From assembly GCF_964204645.1 (NCBI RefSeq), contig NC_134036.1:8222812-8286811 (forward strand): DNA of 64,000 nucleotides. The letters are read 5' to 3'. The notes beneath the pieces are model-generated. The model was given only the letters and a program-made list of their open reading frames with translations. It was not told the DNA's origin and made no database searches. Position 1 is the first letter of the stretch. Each line of letters starts with the position of its first letter. Both the position numbers and the translations under genes were made by a program. This stretch comes from Tubulanus polymorphus. Its lineage: Eukaryota; Animalia; Nemertea. Shown piece by piece: positions 45,201 through 56,600 of the stretch.

Positions 45201-47355
45201 TATAATTTTCAGATGTTTTAGCTAATAGTTTAAAATCATATTTTCTTACATTTACACCATTCATAGCATTATATTCTTCTATTTCTTGATTAATTGCGCC
45301 CAATTTTCCTGATAATTGTTTTATAAATAGATGGGTATCATATCCTGATAAATTATGAAATAATATTGGTACGAAATTTACTTTTTTAGCTTGTAAATTG
45401 CAATCTTCATGAGCAGCTCCACGATATTTTGAATTTAAATGATTATGATCTCTAACTTTTTTATCAAATGAATAAAAACGTTTTTCACAGTAACAACAAT
45501 GAGTTGCATAATTAAAATCAATTTCATCTTCTTTTGTTATAACTATTCTTTTATTTTTGTTTAATAATTTTGCAAAATCACTTTCTAATTCAATCATTTT
45601 ATCACAAAAATCATTAACTACATTTTCACCTCTAAAAGAAATATATTGACTTTCATATAATTCGGGATAATTTGATTTTATATAAATTCCATAAGCAGCA
45701 GCTCTTTGATGAACTTTTTTAATTGTATTTATAATTGGTGGGTCTTGTATTGTGTCTTCATTTAATTCATTTCCTTTATCCATTGATTTTAATAATTGCT
45801 TTTTGTTATATATTTCTTTTCTATCTTGATCAGTTAATTCTTTATTCAACGATTCAAAATCCCCATAAATTACAAATGGAACAATATTCTTAAATTTATG
45901 ATTAGTAAATTTCAATTTATAATCTTTTTCTGTTGGCATTATTAATTTACAAAAATCTTTATTATCACATAATTCTTTATGTTTTAATAATGTATTCTCA
46001 GTCATAAATTTAGATAAACATTTTCTACATAGATAAATTTTACGATGATGATCACTTTCTGTTGTTCTAAAGAATAAATCAATTTGTTTTAACCACATAT
46101 AATGTTCATTTTCATCTTTTTTGTAATATAACAAATCTATAGCATTTTCATCATCATAATATTCTGTTAAATATAAAGCTTCCAATGTATAATCTTTAAT
46201 ATTTTCACCTTTTGTCTTTGGTAATTGCATTAATTCAAATACATTTATTTTTAAATTATTAATTTTTTCTATTTTAGGAATCATTTTTATAGTTACTGGA
46301 TATTGATCAATTTTATATAATGTTTCATATTTCCGGTAATTTGTTATTCTAAAACTATGCGTCATATCTTCTGTTTGGTGTAAACAACTAATAATTGACC
46401 ATAGAAAACATTTATTATCTTCATTTTGAACATTTATTACTGCTTTTGTTGTAAATGGTAATTTAATATAAGATGATGCTTTAATATCCTTTTCTGTTGT
46501 AAAGTTTGAATCATTTTTAAACATTTTATTACTTTTTGATGTTTTATTCCTTTTTGTATTATAAACATTTAAATCTAAATATATAATTTCATTCAATGTT
46601 AAGCCAGAACCCTCAAAATATCTTTCTTCAATATGACGTTTAAATTCATTTAATATTTTTTCTAACTTCTCTTTTATTTGTGTTTTTGAAATTATTTCTT
46701 CAGAGTGTGTTTGAATATTATAATTCATTTTTTCTTCTGACTTTATAAAACTTACTTTCCCAGAGATACTAATTTTTGGATATTCAACATCTGTTATCAA
46801 ATCTAGTAATTTTTCTATTATTTCATTAAATGTACTATAATCTTCTATTGTTGTACCTTTAAAAAATCTAAATATAATAGCTGCAGGACCAATTTTACTA
46901 TGTAATGTTTCTAAGATTTCAATTGTATCTTTTATTTCTAGTGAATCAATATAATTTCTAACATTTTCCATGTAAGGTTTATTTGAAATGGATTTAGTTT
47001 TTGAAGTTGATTCTTTTACTTGTTGAGGTTTATTATCAAAATATTCTAATCCTAAAACATTTTTATTTAAATTTTTATAATGTTTTTGTGATTCGAGATG
47101 TCTATTATAATTCCTTTTTACTATAAATTCATTACAAACTTCACATTTTATTTCATCCACATTCATATTTTCTAATCGTTCTTTTCTTTCATTAGAATTT
47201 TCTGGAGTTTCAAAATCTATTACATTTTTTATATGATTTACAGTTTTTTCATGTCGTGTTTTATGAGATGTATCGATGTATTTTTTACAATATTGACAAT
47301 AATATTGATTTTTATTGACATTATTGTTTTCTAGTTGGTGTTCATTCTCCCCCAT
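42283..47355 (-). CDS. Protein-primed family B DNA polymerase (pPolB) with N-terminal Zn fingers, OTU-like and HNH/EndoVII-like domains and an intein
   Basis: Exo motifs YGDFES, FHNLSGYD, YLKSDV; polymerase motifs YIDANNLYG, KLMNNSFYGK, YFD/TDS. NEDNKCFLWS (OTU-like Cys); CCYC...VRDHNH...GAAHEDCN (EndoVII-like). Confidence 0.95.
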   Translation of the reverse strand: MGENEHQLENNNVNKNQYYCQYCKKYIDTSHKTRHEKTVNHIKNVIDFETPENSNERKERLENMNVDEIKCEVCNEFIVKRNYNRHLESQKHYKNLNKNVLGLEYFDNKPQQVKESTSKTKSISNKPYMENVRNYIDSLEIKDTIEILETLHSKIGPAAIIFRFFKGTTIEDYSTFNEIIEKLLDLITDVEYPKISISGKVSFIKSEEKMNYNIQTHSEEIISKTQIKEKLEKILNEFKRHIEERYFEGSGLTLNEIIYLDLNVYNTKRNKTSKSNKMFKNDSNFTTEKDIKASSYIKLPFTTKAVINVQNEDNKCFLWSIISCLHQTEDMTHSFRITNYRKYETLYKIDQYPVTIKMIPKIEKINNLKINVFELMQLPKTKGENIKDYTLEALYLTEYYDDENAIDLLYYKKDENEHYMWLKQIDLFFRTTESDHHRKIYLCRKCLSKFMTENTLLKHKELCDNKDFCKLIMPTEKDYKLKFTNHKFKNIVPFVIYGDFESLNKELTDQDRKEIYNKKQLLKSMDKGNELNEDTIQDPPIINTIKKVHQRAAAYGIYIKSNYPELYESQYISFRGENVVNDFCDKMIELESDFAKLLNKNKRIVITKEDEIDFNYATHCCYCEKRFYSFDKKVRDHNHLNSKYRGAAHEDCNLQAKKVNFVPILFHNLSGYDTHLFIKQLSGKLGAINQEIEEYNAMNGVNVRKYDFKLLAKTSENYISFQFGCIRFLDSYRFLASSLDNLSKSLVDNDFVITRYYYPNDQDFKLLRYKGAIPYSFYKTHNDFNVTELLKDQFYDKLKEEYVKDEVFDRTLNIWNHFKMKNHGELVDLYLKSDVMILADIFEKFREVNLNHFNVDPCYCYSSPGLTWQCGLKYTNVELDLLKEPDMVLLFEKSIRGGISGVMGDRYFKANDEYKLLYIDANNLYGWAMMQPQPYKNFILTEVESDDKTDWESAIASLKDEAPIGYFFVVDLEYPENIKFKTRNLPYCPEHLTVDDSYLSEYQKKIKPKDHVFTEKLILTQNNKYNYIVHYRMLKFYLKQGMKLKKVHRYIEFNQSKWLEKYIDFNTQQRTISKTDFEKDFFKLMNNSFYGKTCENIRNRNDIELVNNSERLRHLQSSPRHLGNKRFEDYLTAVKLKRTSMKFNKPIFIGSTVLEISKLLMYDFYYNVLQPLFGEKHIEILYFDSVTADTPILLKYNNQILIRRISEIIPNQNKSYISYGEKELIQINGLMDVWTRNGWKKLKNIIRHKTNKKIYRVRTKLGFVDVTEDHSLIKRNGDEIKPTDIKIGDELLHKRFFPRMNHMSFDEIIGNIYNIEPETLEEKEYFIKGFFMGDGSAGVYKYVWGNKYCWYLCNQDLKLLERIKKFCEEVYSHKTFRIMDVMKSSAVYRILVNNPKDFAIEYNDEFYIHAIVKSNTSTKEKIVPDYVLNAKNNLRKWFFIGFYAADGTKKFTKDKKITFAQKGKVAISGLNILFCSLGFNMNIELIKSKPNCFNLRHVEKELTEEVKDLFEIYNPTDYVYDLSTDDGTFNSGFPLIQKNTDSYILKIKTNDITKDLKTLKHYFDFSNYPKDHELFSNDNKKIPGKFKDELGGDEMIEFVGIRSKMYSYRTKDHEAKKLKGITKHVVDKHIEFQDYIKCLYNSIVMKHKMNCLRSEDHEMYINEVEKTTLNPFDDKRHISDDGIKTLPYGH
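42739..43803 (-). other. Intein (355 aa) with LAGLIDADG homing endonuclease in pPolB motif C
   Basis: YFD|SVTADTP...VTEDHSL (block B)...IKGFFMGDG...FIGFYAADG...YVYDLST...LIQKN|TDS; excision restores YFDTDS. Confidence 0.93.
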
Positions 47356-47440
47356 TTATTAGGAAAAAAAATTACTTGTGGTGATGAGTGGTGTCTCGCC
47401 CTCTCGCCCTCTGGTATGAAACCCCACTTTTCTAATTACT
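47351..47440 (-). repeat. Right TIR (contains promoter motif and ATG of pPolB)
   Basis: Perfect inverted copy of 30259-30348. Confidence 0.95.
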
Positions 47441-48559
47441 CGCGTAAATCCCGCGCGGTGGTGCAACCGCGTGGAGTGGGGCCGATACGTATAGGTCTAT
47501 GAAACTGTCGAACAATCGACAGGTACAAAATGTTTTCAAAATCATATTACAATAAAATTATGTTGTTGTAATTCTTGGTATCGTTTCAAATTATTTTTAT
47601 TCATGTCTTTTGCTTGCGCCTGCCACCGATTTTCAGAGGTTTTTAGAAAACAAATCTCAAAGGCCAATATTGTTTGCCGACTTGTAATCGATTTTGAGGA
47701 CTACAACCACATGACGATCTCAAACACAAACAAATTGGTCTCAAAGGAAATTTGAAGAAAATCTTTATTATTAACAAATAAAAACGTCTACCCGGTACGT
47801 CAGGTTTCACTTAATCATTATATCAATAATCGCGTGTGTCTTCAAAGATCATTCGCGGTATGAACTAATTCAGAATATAGTTTCCGGACGTAACCTAGCA
47901 CTGGTTCTGATGATGATACAGAACTGGCCTGAACAGAACTATGTATTCATCCTGCCGTTATTGTAATAGATATATGTTGTGCGCCAACATTCATTTATCG
48001 GGTTTTAATCGGCTCGTTTTACTCTGTTGCCGTCCTTGGGAATTATGTAGGCATGTATATCTCACTTCATTTTTTGTTCATCGCAATATAGGGGCCGGTT
48101 GCACAGTCACGGCTTACACTTAAGATCAGTCTTAGACCATCTTAGTTCACTAGCCAATCAAACAACTCGACACAAGTCTTACGAATCAAGACCACTTTTG
48201 GTGTCAAACCACCACTGTGCAACTGGCCCCGGGCAAATCTATTTTATTAATCCTTGGACGTCGTCATCCCAAAATCTGAGCTAAGGGCGCTTTTTAAGAA
48301 TGTCTAAAAGAATGTCTGGGGCCAAACTGCCCCCTCCAAGCCAGGAAACCTGTACCGGTACACGATCTGTTGATACAAATACGCTTTTCCTTGTTTATGT
48401 AATGCGCTGCCCTTGGACATGATAGCAGTTGATGATATCGTTCACGCATTAAAAAACTTAGTTAACGTGGTTATGATATATATTATATATGAGGCCATGG
48501 AAAGATCGCGCAGTACAAGAGAGTTATTGGTATATCGCTTATTACCCATCCGTTACCGA

Positions 48560-48945
48560 ATGTCTATCTGCCCACTCGCAGAGACCTAATGTGTGACCGT
48601 CTCGTGTCCACTGGAGACCGGACTGTCTCCTGTCCACCTGTCTACCTGGTGAACTGACTGTGTTTCTGTCTTCTGTTGACCTGACTAACCGGAGACCCGA
48701 CTGTCTCTGTCTCCTGCCCATCTGTCTACCCGGAGACTTGACTGTCTTTTTGTCTTCTGTTGACCTGTCTAATCGGAGACCCGACTGTCTCCTGTCCACC
48801 TGTCTACCTGGAGACCTGACTGTGTCTCTGTCTTCTGATGATTTGTCTAACCGGAGACCTGACTGTTTCTGTCTACTGTCAACCTGGAGACGTAACTGTC
48901 TCTCTGTCTTTTGTTAACCTGCCCATATGTCTATCCGGAGACTCC
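48560..48945. repeat. Degenerate minisatellite
   Basis: Recurring CCTGTCTACC(C/T)GGAGAC(C/T)(C/T)GACTGTCTC units. Confidence 0.85.
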
Positions 48946-49432
48946 CCAATCTACAACACACGCATCTGTTATTTCTTTGCGCATTAATTTCGTACTATTT
49001 TCGACGTATATCGGACTTGGGTCCCGAACTGTAGAGTCGTCCATTAGATCCAAAAGAGTAGACATAAGACGGATATCAGCGTACGCGGTAACCAACTCGG
49101 CTCTATTTTTAATGCTTTCTTACCAATACAGATGGCAGCACTTACTGGTGCTGTCAACAATTACAAATACACTACACGAACGATCTAGAGCTTACTGCTT
49201 CGAGATTGATTTTATATTGCAACTGACCCACTTCGCTTTGTTTGAGCATTGTTTAGTATCGAGTAAGTGAATTGCGTTTGAACGGGCTCTCTAATTGGGC
49301 ACGGCCAAATTTGGCTCGAGCCTGATCCGTGCCAATTTGGCCAAGGGCAAATCGTCTCCGTCTGATCGCGGCTTAGTTTACAGCGGTCACTATCTAGCCA
49401 CAGGCACCCCTGCTGCATACTTTTACCATTAA

Positions 49433-50183
49433 GGCTGGCTTATGTCGACAAGCAACCCGACGCCTACCGATTCCTACCGACGCAACTGACAGCAACCGCG
49501 ATCGAAGCTCAGCTTATGTCGACTGCGCTCCGATTCGCAGCAAATGAGGCCGACTAGCGGGATATGAGATCCTCCCAGTTGCTTCCATGCTTATGTCGGC
49601 TCAAATGGTCACGTGATAAGCATTTTGAGAATAAATTTGAACTATTAGGAAATATATTTCTATTGGAAAAGCTATTTCTTTAAGACTTTGATCTTTCTGA
49701 TTCTGTTTTGAATACAACGTGCTAGCGACATCTATAAAGATGGCCGCTCAGACCATAATTCTACCAATTTCGTTTCTAGATCTACGGTCCAGTCCTCTGC
49801 AGTGCTGAAGGTTTGGTTTACGTTTTGAACTACTTGGATTTGAAAGTTTATGATTAATTACGAATGACGCTAACTAGCGGTGATAATTTGTACTATGTAT
49901 ATGCGGTTTCTCATCAGCTGGAACCCCTGCGCTCAGTTCCGTCGCGTCGCAGATGAGCTTATATCGGCTGCGATCGAAAGCAACTGCCCGCCTACCGTAG
50001 GCCGGAGTAGAACATGGGCAACTAGCCGGATACGGCTTGCGACGAGTCGGTAGGCGTCGGTAGGCGTCGCGTTGCCGTCGCAAGCCGGCTGATGTCGAAC
50101 CGATTGAGGAGCAACTGGCCGCTAGTTGCCGCTAATCGGCGATAAACCCAGTTGCGTCGGTAGGCGTCGCGTTGCTTGTCGAC
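49433..50183. mobile_element. PIF/Harbinger-like MITE, right TIR tip missing
   Basis: TAA|GGCTGGCTTATGTCGACAAGCAACCCGACGCCTACCGA ... TCGGTAGGCGTCGCGTTGCTTGTCGAC; second partial copy at 771-1020. Confidence 0.7.
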
Positions 50184-50624
50184 TTTATGACAGTGGATTT
50201 GAACCTTGTTAATTATACGATTCTGTCTAAGACGAAATCCGTAATTTGAGATGATGACCAGCATATCATCCAGCGAACAGATTCATAAGATCATAATACG
50301 AAGCTCGTTTGTCAATTTCACTTTAACCTGCAAGATTTCTATCAACAAGGTTCCATTGTAGAGAGTGTGGTGATCATGTTCATGTATGGTGCTTGTATTT
50401 CACTTTTCAATTCGAATTATCTCTTGTGAAGTTCTGAACACATGTGTAATGTGGACGATCAGTTTTTTTAAGGGCGTTGATAAGATATTTAACGTCTGGT
50501 GTTTGCAATACATTTATGAGTTCACTAAAACCCCGAACTATCGAAAAGTTTTTCATAGTTTGTTGGTAAATGTATTCTGATACGGTTTGTTTATCCGATA
50601 ATTTTTAATCTATTTTTTTTTTAG

Positions 50625-53600
50625 CCACAACTTGTTACGGAAGTAGTTGTAACAACATCAAGTGGGCGAAACACTGTAATCCCGGTCAGGCACCAGTAAC
50701 GCAGACTCCTGGGGTTGAACTAACATGTCCGGACAACGCTGAGTGTGATGCCGGATGGAACGGACCCGGATGTCAAATCGGTAAGTTAAGATAGAAACGA
50801 TATAAATTACGTTTGCTGCCGGTTGCGAGTCCGAAGCCTCGAACCATCCCGATTCGGACATCAACACTCACACACCTGACGCGGTTCTCTCTAGCGGGAG
50901 TTCGAAACGCCGAGTCATTTTAATTCGTCGATTAAATGAATTCTTAGTTTTAAAAAACATTTTCAAATTGCGGGGATTTATCATCATCATATCGCCTATA
51001 GTCTCCATGTTTGAATGTACTGTCGATAAAATCCCTGGTTTGGTTCTGGTTCCGGGAGAGAGTCCGAAATGTTTCATTCGACGTTTTGACTATATCCCAA
51101 TTAGTCATTCTACGTGAGAAGATTGCGGGATTTCCGCGTAAGGTTAATACGCAAGATATCGTCGAATAATTTCAGCAAAAGGTAAAGAATGCAACGCAAA
51201 CGTCTTTGGTCTCTACTATAGCCGCGATCTCGCGGAGATGATATGGCCTGGACCAAATTGGCACGGACCAGGCTCGAGCCAAATTTGGCCGGTGCCAAAA
51301 ACGCTCGTGTGATCGCAGCTATATGCAAAAAAGTATGAATGGAAAATTTTCGGTTGCGACATCCCTTTTAACTGACAAAAACTGATCAATGTTATGTAAT
51401 ACTCTAACCTGGTAACATATGAAAGGTATAATGTGCACACTTTCATTATACTGCTAAGCTATATAGGACTGATAGTTTTTTAACTGTGTTGTCGAAAATA
51501 ATTGAATTTGGGTAGTCACAGTGTAAAATAAACATGAAGGATAATGCCATCGAAAGGTGTTCACAAATCAGTTAATGCTGCACGCTGCAGTACAGCCCAT
51601 TCGATGTGTTGTTATTCCAGGGAGATTAATGTTAAATTTTTTCTACTATGAATTATGATTTGTTTAAAAGACCAGTGCCAATATGAAAGGTCAACATGTG
51701 CTGAAGAGAACTGTGAAATAAAATTTCGGATTGGCCCACTACTTTTCCCGTAATTTGCTAATTACTTTACCTATAAATCCGAATAGAATCGACTAAATCC
51801 ACGCCCACCACTAAAAACTTACATACATGAATATTAACATGGCTTACTATAGGTTAGTATCTAACTGAAAAGTATATGGTTATAGCTTGGGTCTGTCTAT
51901 TTGGTCTGCTAGGTCAACTTTTACGATTTTTGGGTACCAAAAACCGACTGACCTATATCATGTATACACATTTTTGTAAAATGGAGTAACTACTTGAAGA
52001 TGACCATATACTCTGCTATTAGGTTGATATGTTAGCCATCGTTTTCCGTTATATGTTTATTCATATCATTAATGGTGGGCGTAGATTTTAGGTTTCAGTA
52101 AAAGATTTGTGACGTATGCTAAAAATAGTACAGCAGTGTAACACTGCTAGGAAGGATGACGTCAATCACTATACACATAGAGCTTGCTGTACACATGTGA
52201 TGCGTATAGTTCAGACAGAATAAAAGTTCACAAGACAATTATATTTGTTGTATTACCTACAACTTTAAATTTGATACAACTACTACGCATTAAAGGAATT
52301 ATTTACAGTATCTTGCATAAGTAAATTAATAATATATGAGATTTCTTAGAAATTATAATCGCTATGATTGAACGGCAATGAGATACAGGAATGGATTTTG
52401 TTTACGAATTAGCCATTTTTATCCTTCTACAGACCTTTAGAATATTTTCACTTAATTATATTGATGTAACTATTTGTATTTGTCCAAAATATTTGTTATA
52501 TCCTGTAAACAAAACTCCATTCAAAATATAAAACTCCGAAATTAAAAACCAGGGAAAATTGAAACTGTTGCGAGTTGGTCGGCAACAGCTTTTTGGCGGG
52601 AAATACAACTAACATAAACCACAAACAAATGTGTTTTTAGATTTAATGTTCTCTGACTTAGGCTTTGCGTTAAAAACATGGTACATGCTCGATCATGGAT
52701 TACTGTAATTTTGTCAAAGTTTTAGCAGCTAGAGTGACAAAAGACAAACATTTTCTCCATTCACGTGAGTCAAAACCTCGTCATAACTCGCATTTGACAG
52801 CCGGTGAAAGATACAATCTATATAACAATATCACGAAAGATTTACGAAATTTGAAATTCAAGGATTCTAATACTTTTGCGAGAGAAATAAAACGGATCGA
52901 ACTTGTGTTCAAGGACAGACAGTACTGGCTTCATAAAAATCAAAACGGTGAAAAAGAAGAATTTTTACAGTATTTCTCTCATGAATGCTGGGTCAAGCTT
53001 CTGCAAAATATAAAGGAATCCCATACTCTTAAGGGATGTATTACTTGCAAGTCTCGTGACGGTCATATTAGTTGTCTCCATGTCAGCAAAAAAGACAAAG
53101 GACTATCATCTGCTTCCACTGTGTGTAGAGAGGTTCTCAAAGAAATTACCAATGCGAAACCGCCCCGTAACAAACAGAAAACGGCCGCAAGAAAGGCTGC
53201 AAAAAGAATCATCGAATCAGTAAAGCCCATTTTTGAGAAATCGTATGAAGAGCCAATTGAAGATGCTATCAAGGTAATTTCATTTCTTCAATATTTCAAT
53301 ATTTAATTGTTTATATCCATTTTACAGAGTTATATATACCGTAAACAAAACCATCTAACAAATTGTTGTCTATTGCATTGCATCCTGATAGGTCTATATG
53401 CCTGGGCTGGTGCAACGCCTATTTCGTTAGTAAAAAAATACGCACCCGAATTTCAGAATTGCTGCAATAATGTTTATTATACAGCACGTTAATCCTATTA
53501 TCAACCGCAGTCGCTTTAGTTCAAGTAGACTCCCGAGTGCTAATAGTTTTCACTTAAAAGCTACATCTTTCTTTTTAACTTATTTCCGGCGGGAAAGTCC

Positions 53601-56600
53601 ATTTTGTTCACTATGGGCTGATAAAATGAAATTTATACACTCTACAGCGCTCACTTCTAAATAATCGGGCAATGCATTGCAAAGTTTGGAGTTCTGCATA
53701 CATGTATAATCTTAATTGCAACACTTCTCGATATCACAGAAGAGTTAATGTATTGAAACTGTTCGGTTCTATTACAGCTTATCACGATGAGACGATATGA
53801 ATTGAAAGATATGTATCGGATTTATAATCTTCAATTTCAAACTGTATGTTAATCAATATTCGAATTCCATTTATTTACAGGCGGTTTATCAGAAATCAAA
53901 CTCCACTAATGAAACAATGAAAAACGCTAGAAGGAGAATACGTGACCAGTTAATTAAAGATGACGACAATCGATTATTAGCAATCGGAGATTCTTTCGCT
54001 CACCATGACCGTCGTGTTAAGGCAACATATTTTGAGAAAATGTCCATTGCAGCAAATCGTGTTGCTCAAAGTATAATCTCCGAGGAAAGCGGTACTCAAG
54101 CAAAAAAGAATCCGGTTGGTTGTCTCGACGCCTACAATTTTGAAAGAACAGATTTTCTGTCTGAAATACGTACATTGGAGGAAAATACACATATAAACTG
54201 GTCGGAGATGGCAAGAAAATATAATGTTACTGGAAACGATGGTAAAATAAGTAAAAAGGGGGGTCAGATCTTAAAGGAATATGCGAAATTGCAAGGAATA
54301 AATGTCGACAGATTCAATACTAATGTCGTGATATCAGGAAGAGATATAGAAGCGTGTGAGACGCTGCAAAAAGCGTCTTTATGGTCACATCACCTTACCA
54401 TGTGAGCGCAGCGCAAAGGAACTATCAAACGAAATAAAAGGAAAAATTGAAAGTGGGGAAATCAATCTGGGTGAACTTGTAGCACCGAAGGAATTCGAAA
54501 AAGAAATAATAAATTCGAATGGAGAACTCGAAGTACAGAAAGTAATTGTGTATGGTCGAAAAAGGGCGCTAGAAAATATTCGACAGGATGCACTAGACCG
54601 TCACGAGAAATTAGGAATTCTGCGGGACTTTGACGAAAATATGTCTAACCAAGAATTGAAATCATATCTAAGTACAATCGGTGAATCTCGAAGCGCAAAT
54701 TGCTGTGTCGATTCTCTTCGTCACTGTGTTCGCGATTTCCATCGGACCCGACACATGAAACTTTGGCATGACCACAGTAGTATTGCTGGACATTCACATT
54801 TCATGGTTATGATTCAGTTTATATATGATCGCGCTGTTTATTTGACGGATGAAGAATATCGTATTAAATATCCAAAAAGAAGATCTATCAATATCCAAAA
54901 AGTCGTCGAAATACCCGAGATATATATAATCGGCCGATCTGGAGCTAGCGAGGCAGACCAATTGATATATATGGATACAAGATTAGAAGACTTGAAATCT
55001 CTGGGGTTACCTGTTATATCGAGTCAAGGTACACCGTATTATGACGTGATGCGATATTTTAGTGGTGATGGACCGGCACGCGCATTCGAAGCTGGAAATA
55101 ATTCCGGCGGTCACTATCAGTGCCACTGTGGCGCGAATGCCAATTTACAAGAAAATCTCGCGCACTGTTTCAGTAAATGTCATCGATCAATTGTGGAAAA
55201 ACAAAACATTGTTACAAAAGGAATTATGTGGAAGAAATATGCTAACAAAATAGAACCCTTTAGCAACTTAAAGGTCGATGACATCAGAGGAGAACTTTTA
55301 GCCCGTAAAATTGATATTTCGGAGCTTAAATTGAAAGCCGACTTACAGCAAGCACTATCCGAAGAACTTTCCGGCGTAAAGCGAGTCCCAAGTGTCCTGT
55401 TCAATTCACCAACTGCTTCCCTGGATGATTTGAATTCCAATAATTACGAAATCGTCGAAATCGAAACTCTACATGATATCGCAAATATGTCCAAGTTAAT
55501 CATGGAAGAACTACCGGAACATATAGAAAATCAGGAAATCAAACGAAAAATGAAATGTCTCCACGACCAGTTATTAGCAGGAAAGACACAGATTAAAGGG
55601 AGTGATGCCCGATTACAACTTGTACGATTGTGCAATCACTGTGAAAGATGGGAAAAAGAAGGGTTGATATCAACAGATATTTTAAGAGTTGTATCTTCAC
55701 TTGCAGAAATCAGTGATATAGCCTACAGCCCGGAAAGTGAACGTTCGCAAAAGCTCATCCTTCGATTATATAATCTGACATTCGAGTTCGGATTTCTTTG
55801 TGAAAAAGTAATCGGTATCCCGTCAACAAAAAAGGACAAATGAAGAAAGGACATTTGGAGACTGCAAGCGTATTTCTGCTACAACGGGCCTAAAAAGACC
55901 CGGTTACGTTATCGGTAATATTTTTCTTCGCCATCAAGCTGAGCGACAGAATTGCTATAAACGAGATACGCTAGCTATTCAGGTGTCACGAATCAGCAAG
56001 GAGACCAAAGTTCTCTCTTCATTCGGAAAAAATACAATTATTACGTGGGACATGCTGTGTAAGAGACGATCTCTAGTTCAAGCACATTTTCGACGGATTT
56101 CTGATTATTTGGTACTCGGTGAAAACACATGGTGGAAAGTATGCGACAAAGGAATAGAGTGGATGGATGGAAACGATGAAAACAACCAGCGAATCTCTCC
56201 AAGGCTATTTCATTTTCGGTCATCCTCAAGAAAGGAGTGTGAGTTACATGTCAGAAAATGCTGGGATGATTGTCTGGACTTGTTGTGTAAACAGAAAATA
56301 CGTCTCCCAATGATCAAAGTTAAGATGTCTGATGACGAAATCGTAGAAACTGACTTGATTAACGATATGCCTTGCTGTGAGTATTGCCGTTTCCCCATAA
56401 TTTTATATTTCAATGTATCCAATATCAATACGCTTATTTACTTTTCAGCACAAAATCCGAATGAAGACGTAGAATTTAACTGCATTACGGAGGTATCTGA
56501 CATCTCGTCACCTGATATCTCGTTTCTACGTCACCAAGAATCCGAAACAGTTGAGAGAAATGAAGAAATATGTGTACAAATTAAGGCAATAACCGGTGAG

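Larger units (their letters stand above)
30259..47440. mobile_element. Polinton/Maverick-like endogenous virus, complete (17182 bp)
   Basis: AGT...ACT termini, 90-bp perfect TIRs, 6-bp TSD CGCGTA (30253-30258 / 47441-47446). pPolB, rve integrase, packaging ATPase and capsid-like genes; intronless and strongly AT-rich relative to flanks. Confidence 0.97.

Noticed and set aside
30259-47440. Contaminating free virus or phage misassembled into the contig
   Set aside because: Exact 6-bp TSD, and an empty paralogous site showing the flanks are contiguous host sequence.
49297-51300. ~80-bp inverted pair (49297-49373 / 51221-51297) as TIRs of one element capturing the 50625 exon
   Set aside because: The apparent terminal ends (GCCGCGATC) face inward, so these look like ends of two separate fragments; no TSD around the pair.
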